In this document: positions 26,413-32,000 of the stretch, in pieces | Layout: each line of letters opens with the position of its first letter | Position numbering within the stretch: position 1 is the first letter of the stretch | Notes under the pieces: generated by a model | What the model saw: the letters and a program-made list of their open reading frames with translations, nothing else | What the model was told of the DNA's origin: nothing | The model's database searches: none | Origin: Methanobacterium lacus | GTDB lineage: Archaea; Methanobacteriota; Methanobacteria; Methanobacteriales; Methanobacteriaceae | DNA: 32,000 nucleotides | Assembly (NCBI RefSeq): GCF_000191585.1 | Contig: NC_015216.1 | Span: 2,235,557 to 2,267,556 of the forward strand | Direction of reading: 5' to 3' | Made by a program: the position numbers and the translations under genes

Positions 26413-29400
26413 ATGCCAAGGGACAAAGAAATAAAAAAAGTTCTCATCATTGGTTCAGGACCCATCCAAATAGGTCAGGCTGCTGAATTTGACTATTCAG
26501 GTTCTCAAGCATGTAAATCTCTCATGGATGAGGGTATCGAAACAGTTCTTGTAAACAGTAACCCTGCAACCATACAAACAGACGTTGATATGGCAGATAC
26601 TGTCTATGTAGAACCATTGACACCAGAAATAGTTGCCAAAATCATAGAAAAAGAAAAACCAGACGCCATATTACCCACTATGGGTGGACAGACCGGGCTG
26701 AACATTGCAACAGGGCTAGAAAAGATAGGAGCCCTTAAAGATGTTGAAGTAATAGGATCATCTGTTCAGACCATTAGAAATGTTGAGGACAGGGAACTCT
26801 TCGGTAAATTCATGCTAGAACTGAATGAACCAATACCGCACTGTAGAGCCGTGACAACATTGGATGAGGCAATAGACGCTGTTACTGAAATTGGATATCC
26901 TGTGATTGTGAGACCCGCCTTCACTCTTGGAGGTACAGGGGGCGGTGTAGCCCATAATCAAAAGGAACTGGTGGATATTGCCACAAGAGGACTGGATATG
27001 AGTTTCATAAACCAGGTTCTCATTGATGAGTCTGTAATTGGATGGAAAGAATTTGAGTATGAGGTTGTTAGGGACAAAAACGATACATGTATCATTGTAT
27101 GTAACATGGAAAACCTCGACCCCATGGGAATTCACACTGGAGAAAGTGTGGTTGTTGCACCTTCCCAAACCCTTTCAGATGTGGACAACCAGAGACTCAG
27201 AAATGCATCCATCAAGATCATAAGGGCTCTGCAAATTCAGGGAGGATGTAACATCCAGTTTGCATTCAACGCCGAAACTGGTGCTTATAAGGTTATAGAA
27301 GTGAATCCTAGGGTTAGTCGAAGTAGTGCCCTTGCATCTAAGGCTACTGGTTATCCTATTGCCAAGATATCATCTAAGATCGCTGTTGGTATGACTCTTG
27401 ATGAAATTCAAAACGATATTACCAAGGAAACACCGGCATCATTTGAACCATCCCTTGACTACGTTGTTGCCAAAATTCCAAGATGGCCCTTCGACAAGTT
27501 CAAGGCCATTAAAAGGGAAATTGGTGTGCAGATGCAGTCCACAGGGGAAGTTATGTCCATTGGAAGAACCATTGAAGAATCTCTTCACAAGGCCATAAGA
27601 TCCCTTGACATAGGTAAATTTGGATTTGAAGATGTTCCATACACCGATGAACTTTTAAAGTATCCCACAGATGAGAGGTTGTTCCATCTTTACACAGCAC
27701 TCAAGGATGGTAGAGATATTGATGAAATATACGAACTTACTAGAGTTGACAGATTCTTTTTATACAAAATTCAAAGCATAATTGACCATGAAAACTATCT
27801 GAGGAATTTAAGCCCTGAAGAAGTGCTCGACCCAGAAGTTTTATACAAAGCCAAGAAAATGGGATTCTCTGATAAAATCTTGTCCAACATAACATCAATC
27901 CCTGAAAAATCAATAAGGGATTTAAGAAGGGAGAAGGGAATTGTTCCAACCTATAAAATGGTTGATACATGTGCTGCAGAATTTGAAGCTAAAACCCCAT
28001 ATTACTACGGTACCTACGAAGGTGAAGACGAAGTAACTGTATCCCATGATAAGAAGAAGGTTGTTATTATTGGTGCAGGACCAATTCGAATTGGACAAGG
28101 AATTGAATTTGATTACTGCTGTGTTCATGCATCATTGGCTCTTAAAGATGAAGGAATAGAGACCATTATCATAAATAACAACCCTGAAACAGTGAGTACA
28201 GATTACGATATATCTAACAAACTTTACTTCGAACCTTTAACACTCGAAGACGTCATGAGCATCATGGACAAGGAAGAACCTGACGGAGTCGTAGTACAGT
28301 TTGGAGGACAAACATCCATAAATCTTGCAGTACCCCTTGCAGAGGAAGGTATTCAAATCCTTGGAACTGCACATGAAAGTATTGACAGGGTAGAGGATCG
28401 TGAACGTTTCACAGAAGTACTGAATCTTCTTGAAATTCCCCAGGCAGACTACGGAATTGCGTACTCATTCGAAGATTCAAAGTTGGTTGCAGATAAAATT
28501 GGATACCCAGTACTTGTTAGACCCTCCTATGTTCTAGGTGGAAGGGCCATGGAAATTGTCTACGACGCCAATGAACTTAAAAGGTACATGAAGGAAGCAG
28601 TTAAGATATCACCAGAACATCCAATTCTAGTTGACAAATTCCTTGAAGATGCCATAGAAATAGATGTGGACGCCCTTTCAGATGGAGAAGACGTTTTCAT
28701 AGGCGGAATAATGGAACACATCGAAGAAGCAGGAGTGCATTCAGGAGATTCTGCATGTGTTATACCTCCACAAAGCATATCTAAAGAAGTTTTAGATACC
28801 ATGAAGGAGTACACAACCAGACTCGCCCTGGAACTGGAAGTTGTGGGTCTCATGAACATCCAGTACGCTGTGAAGGATGAAAAGGTTTACATACTCGAAG
28901 CCAACCCAAGAGCCAGCAGAACTGTTCCATTTGTAAGTAAAGCAGTTGGAGTTCCACTGGCTAAAATTGCAGCCATGTTAATGGTGGGGTACAAACTCAA
29001 AGACCTTGGATTGAAGGATGAAATTGTGGTAAACCATGTGTCTGTCAAGGAATCCATATTCCCATTCATAAAACTGCCAGCAGCAGACTCTGTACTCGGT
29101 CCAGAAATGAAATCAACAGGAGAAAGCATGGGTATAGATGAAAACTTCGGTGTATCCTACTACAAGGCCCAACTCTCTGCAGGTATGGAACTTCCTAAAA
29201 AGGGTAAACTATTCATAAGTGTGAGGGACTCTGATAAGAACAGCATTCAAGACATTGTTGAAAAGGCAGAGAATCTTGGATTCGAACTGGTAGCTACAAA
29301 TGGAACTGCACAAGCAGTAGAAAGCTACGTGAACATCGATACCATACGCAAGGTGAGCCAGGGATCTCCCAACATAAGGGATGCAGTTGTAAATGGTGAA

Positions 29401-29595
29401 ATAGATCTCATAGTCAACACCCCCTCTGGAAAACAATCTGCAGATGATGGATATTATATCCGAAGAATGGCAATTGAAATGGGAATACCATATGTAACAA
29501 CACTTGCAGGTGCACGTGCAGTGTTAAACGCAATTGAACATGTTAAAGAAGGAGAGATCGGTATTAAATCTCTTAATGAATACCATTCCAGTTAA
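26413..29595 (+). CDS. carB: carbamoyl-phosphate synthase large subunit (unsplit, 1060 aa)
   Basis: Duplicated ATP-grasp halves (VLIIGSGPIQIGQAAEFDYSG and VVIIGAGPIRIGQGIEFDYC), IEVNPRVSRSSALASKATG, EANPRASRTVPFVSKA, and a C-terminal MGS-like allosteric domain. Confidence 0.95.
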   Translation: MPRDKEIKKVLIIGSGPIQIGQAAEFDYSGSQACKSLMDEGIETVLVNSNPATIQTDVDMADTVYVEPLTPEIVAKIIEKEKPDAILPTMGGQTGLNIATGLEKIGALKDVEVIGSSVQTIRNVEDRELFGKFMLELNEPIPHCRAVTTLDEAIDAVTEIGYPVIVRPAFTLGGTGGGVAHNQKELVDIATRGLDMSFINQVLIDESVIGWKEFEYEVVRDKNDTCIIVCNMENLDPMGIHTGESVVVAPSQTLSDVDNQRLRNASIKIIRALQIQGGCNIQFAFNAETGAYKVIEVNPRVSRSSALASKATGYPIAKISSKIAVGMTLDEIQNDITKETPASFEPSLDYVVAKIPRWPFDKFKAIKREIGVQMQSTGEVMSIGRTIEESLHKAIRSLDIGKFGFEDVPYTDELLKYPTDERLFHLYTALKDGRDIDEIYELTRVDRFFLYKIQSIIDHENYLRNLSPEEVLDPEVLYKAKKMGFSDKILSNITSIPEKSIRDLRREKGIVPTYKMVDTCAAEFEAKTPYYYGTYEGEDEVTVSHDKKKVVIIGAGPIRIGQGIEFDYCCVHASLALKDEGIETIIINNNPETVSTDYDISNKLYFEPLTLEDVMSIMDKEEPDGVVVQFGGQTSINLAVPLAEEGIQILGTAHESIDRVEDRERFTEVLNLLEIPQADYGIAYSFEDSKLVADKIGYPVLVRPSYVLGGRAMEIVYDANELKRYMKEAVKISPEHPILVDKFLEDAIEIDVDALSDGEDVFIGGIMEHIEEAGVHSGDSACVIPPQSISKEVLDTMKEYTTRLALELEVVGLMNIQYAVKDEKVYILEANPRASRTVPFVSKAVGVPLAKIAAMLMVGYKLKDLGLKDEIVVNHVSVKESIFPFIKLPAADSVLGPEMKSTGESMGIDENFGVSYYKAQLSAGMELPKKGKLFISVRDSDKNSIQDIVEKAENLGFELVATNGTAQAVESYVNIDTIRKVSQGSPNIRDAVVNGEIDLIVNTPSGKQSADDGYYIRRMAIEMGIPYVTTLAGARAVLNAIEHVKEGEIGIKSLNEYHSS

Positions 29596-29603
29596 ACCAC
29601 TCC

Positions 29604-29628
29604 TTTTTTCCATAAATTTTTCTTTTTC
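29604..29628 (+). terminator. oligo-T tracts after carB
   Basis: CCTTTTTTCCATAAATTTTTCTTTTTC starts 6 nt after the carB stop. Confidence 0.45.
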
Positions 29629-29721
29629 TATTCTACAAAAAAAATATATTTTAAGAAGTTCATGGGTTTTTAATTAATTTTTGCCAACACTCAAATACTA
29701 CAATAAAAATAATTTATTCTG

Positions 29722-30873
29722 ATGATCACCATTAAAAATGCCAAGGTCCTCTGTCGCGAAGCCATGGAACTTCAAAAATTGAACATCATCATTCAGGATA
29801 ATGAAATTGTTGAGTTAACTCCCAGGGGTTCCAAGGGAAGGGTGGTTGATGGACAAAACTGTGTTGCTGCCCCCTCACTAATAAATTCACATGTTCATAT
29901 TGGAGATTCTGTAGCCAAGGATGTTGGTGATGGAGAACCAATTGAGAAAATTGTGAAACCACCAAATGGAATTAAACATCGCATACTGGGCGAAACATCT
30001 TCAAAAGAAATGATGAATTCCATGAGAAACTCCATGGAAGAAATGCTTCAAACAGGCACAACTACCTTCGTTGATTTTCGAGAAGGTGGTGTTGAAGGCA
30101 TTGAAATTCTGGAGGAGGCATCTAAAAATATTCCCATAAGAAAAATTGTCTTGGGAAGGCATGCCTCATTTCAAGAATCTGATGATCTAACTCAGATTAA
30201 GATGGCAGCCAAGGAAATCTTAAATCACTGCGATGGCATTGGTTTAAGTGGTTTTGGTGAAATTAAAGATGATGTAGCCAGGCTCATTGTGGAAACCTGT
30301 GATGAAGTTGGTAAGCTGTCAGCCATACACGTGGCAGAGTATTTGAAGTTACAAAGTGAATCACTTAATGTACATGGAAAAACCGAAATTCAAAGGGCTG
30401 TAGATGCAGGTTTCAACCTATTGATCCACATGACTGAACCTGTTGACCACGACCTTGAAACTGTTGGTAGGTCAAATGCCACAGTTGTTTCCTGTCCAAG
30501 ATCCAATGGTGCTCTTTCAGTGGGAATTCCTCCAATAAAAGCCATGCTAGACAATGGCGTGAATGTGGCCCTCGGCACTGATAACTTGATGTTCAACTCC
30601 CCAAACATGTTTTCTGAAATGGAGTATGCATTGAAGGTTACCAGGGGTATTTACAAAACCCATTTAGATCCGCTTGAAATTTTTAAGATGGCAACAGTTA
30701 ACCCTGCCAAAGCTCTAGGACTCGAAGCAGGAGTCATAGAAGAAGGTAAAATTGCAGATATAATGTTAATTAAAGGCGTGTCCGGAGATCCTATCTTATC
30801 AATCATAAACAGGACAAGATCTAAAGGTATTAACACTTTGATCAAGGATGGTTCAGTAGTACTTGGTGCTTGA
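29722..30873 (+). CDS. metal-dependent amidohydrolase superfamily protein (chlorohydrolase/deaminase-like)
   Basis: LINSHVHIGDS (HxH metal motif), AIHVAE, LLIHMTE, ALGTDN. 383 aa. Substrate not inferable. Confidence 0.8.
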   Translation: MITIKNAKVLCREAMELQKLNIIIQDNEIVELTPRGSKGRVVDGQNCVAAPSLINSHVHIGDSVAKDVGDGEPIEKIVKPPNGIKHRILGETSSKEMMNSMRNSMEEMLQTGTTTFVDFREGGVEGIEILEEASKNIPIRKIVLGRHASFQESDDLTQIKMAAKEILNHCDGIGLSGFGEIKDDVARLIVETCDEVGKLSAIHVAEYLKLQSESLNVHGKTEIQRAVDAGFNLLIHMTEPVDHDLETVGRSNATVVSCPRSNGALSVGIPPIKAMLDNGVNVALGTDNLMFNSPNMFSEMEYALKVTRGIYKTHLDPLEIFKMATVNPAKALGLEAGVIEEGKIADIMLIKGVSGDPILSIINRTRSKGINTLIKDGSVVLGA

Positions 30874-31007
30874 ACAAATTGGACTCAAGCTCTTCCCAAC
30901 TATTTTGGGTTTTAAACCATTAAATAACTTGATAAACTTAATAATAAATATAATTCTAATTTCAATTTAAAGAAAATCTTTACAATCAATTAAGACACGA
31001 TGATACC

Positions 31008-32000
31008 ATGTTAGATATTAAACTTTTCAGGGAAAATCCTGATTTAATTCTTGAATCAGAAAAAAAACGTTTCAGAACTACTGAAAATGTTGAAAAAGTA
31101 ATTGAATTCGATCTCAAATGGAGAAACGGTTTAAAAAAGCTCAACGAACTTCGTGCAGAGCGAAACAAGTTATCCAAGTCATTTAACGAAGCAAGAAAAC
31201 AGGGAAAGGATGAGCTTAAAGCGCTCCAAAACCGGGCAAAGGAAATTTCAAAGGAAATTAATGAACTGGAACCTAAAATTTCAGAGTACATCGAAGCCAG
31301 GGATGAGTTCAGGTACAAAGTTGGAAACATTCTAGACTCTGATGTTCCAGTATCTGAAACAGAAGAAGATAACAAGGTCATATCTGAATTTGGAGATATG
31401 CCATCCTTCTCATTTGAACCTGCAAATCATGTGGATTTAATTGAAACCATTGATGGTGCAGAATTTAAGCGAGCTGCCGAAGTGTCAGGATCCAGATTTT
31501 ATTACTTGAAGGAAGATATTGTTTACCTAAACATGGCCCTCTTAAAATTTGCAATGGACACCCTGTCCCAGAAGGGCTACGAAATATTTCAAACACCATT
31601 CTTCATCAAACACGATGTTATTAAGGAAACTGCAGAACTTGCAGATTTTGAAGAGACACTCTACAAGATCGAAGGTGAAGATCTCTTCATGATAGCAACC
31701 TCTGAACAAACCCTGGCAGCCCTGCACCGTGGTGAAATAATAGATGAAAGAACGTTACCACGCAAATATTGCGGATTATCTACCTGTTTCAGGAGGGAAG
31801 CAGGATCCCATGGTAGGGATACCCTTGGAATTTTCAGGGTTCATCAGTTTGAAAAAATTGAACAATTCATATTCTGTGATGCTGAATCTTCGAGGGATCT
31901 GCATCAGGAACTGCTTGAAAATGCAGAGCTCATCTACCAGAAACTCGGACTTCCGTACAGAATTGTATCCATTGTTTCGGGTGAGTTGAATGATAATGCT
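31008..32000 (+). CDS. serS: seryl-tRNA synthetase, canonical (type-1) form, N-terminal 331 codons (continues past the window end)
   Basis: Own translation from ATG 31008: MLDIKLFRENPDLI..., coiled-coil tRNA-binding arm, GSRFYYLKEDI, ATSEQTLAALHRGEII, motif 2 CFRREAGSHGRDTLGIFRVHQFEKIEQF. Open to position 32000, so it is absent from the ORF track. Confidence 0.9.
   Translation, partial: MLDIKLFRENPDLILESEKKRFRTTENVEKVIEFDLKWRNGLKKLNELRAERNKLSKSFNEARKQGKDELKALQNRAKEISKEINELEPKISEYIEARDEFRYKVGNILDSDVPVSETEEDNKVISEFGDMPSFSFEPANHVDLIETIDGAEFKRAAEVSGSRFYYLKEDIVYLNMALLKFAMDTLSQKGYEIFQTPFFIKHDVIKETAELADFEETLYKIEGEDLFMIATSEQTLAALHRGEIIDERTLPRKYCGLSTCFRREAGSHGRDTLGIFRVHQFEKIEQFIFCDAESSRDLHQELLENAELIYQKLGLPYRIVSIVSGELNDNA

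Noticed and set aside
30986-31381. 131-aa minus-strand ORF, plus 31153..31335, 31542..31727 and 31744..31989
   Set aside because: All overlap the open serS frame, which runs uninterrupted from 31008 to the window end and has class II synthetase motifs.

Overview
Chromosomal segment of an AT-rich methanogenic archaeon with a pseudomurein-type cell wall. It looks Methanobacteriaceae-like. This is inferred from gene content: NikR, a hydrogenase maturation protease, PAN, aMBF1, LonB and a Mur-ligase/MraY-like cluster. I also recall synteny of the UPF0146, P-type ATPase and carAB genes with Methanothermobacter. I support 26 protein genes, two of them truncated by the window edges and absent from the ORF track: a DEAD-box helicase at the left edge and seryl-tRNA synthetase at the right edge. 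There is also a tandem pair of tRNA-Gly genes and one well-formed C/D box sRNA in the pan/cbiJ spacer. I found no transposase, integrase, CRISPR array or prophage signal, so most of the window is housekeeping. The most interesting block is 9006-17811. It contains an ATP-grasp ligase, an MraY-type transferase with a large loop insertion, and three tandem Mur-type ligases, one with a CxC...CxC insertion. Two uncharacterised exported proteins follow: a small N-terminally anchored protein whose ectodomain reads like a POTRA/FtsQ-type module, and a 420-aa protein with a signal peptide and a C-terminal anchor whose predicted mature N-terminus is Thr plus a hydrophobic strand (Ntn-hydrolase-like). 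These two are my best candidates for undescribed extracellular pseudomurein assembly functions. Both calls are by-eye inferences and need HMM and structure checks. Other points: a canonical (type-1) SerRS where a methanogen-type enzyme would be expected, a nikR-methyltransferase-hycI unit with a 65-nt out-of-frame gene overlap, and a 604-bp repeat- and palindrome-rich spacer upstream of pan. Promoter and terminator coordinates are approximate motif calls made by eye.
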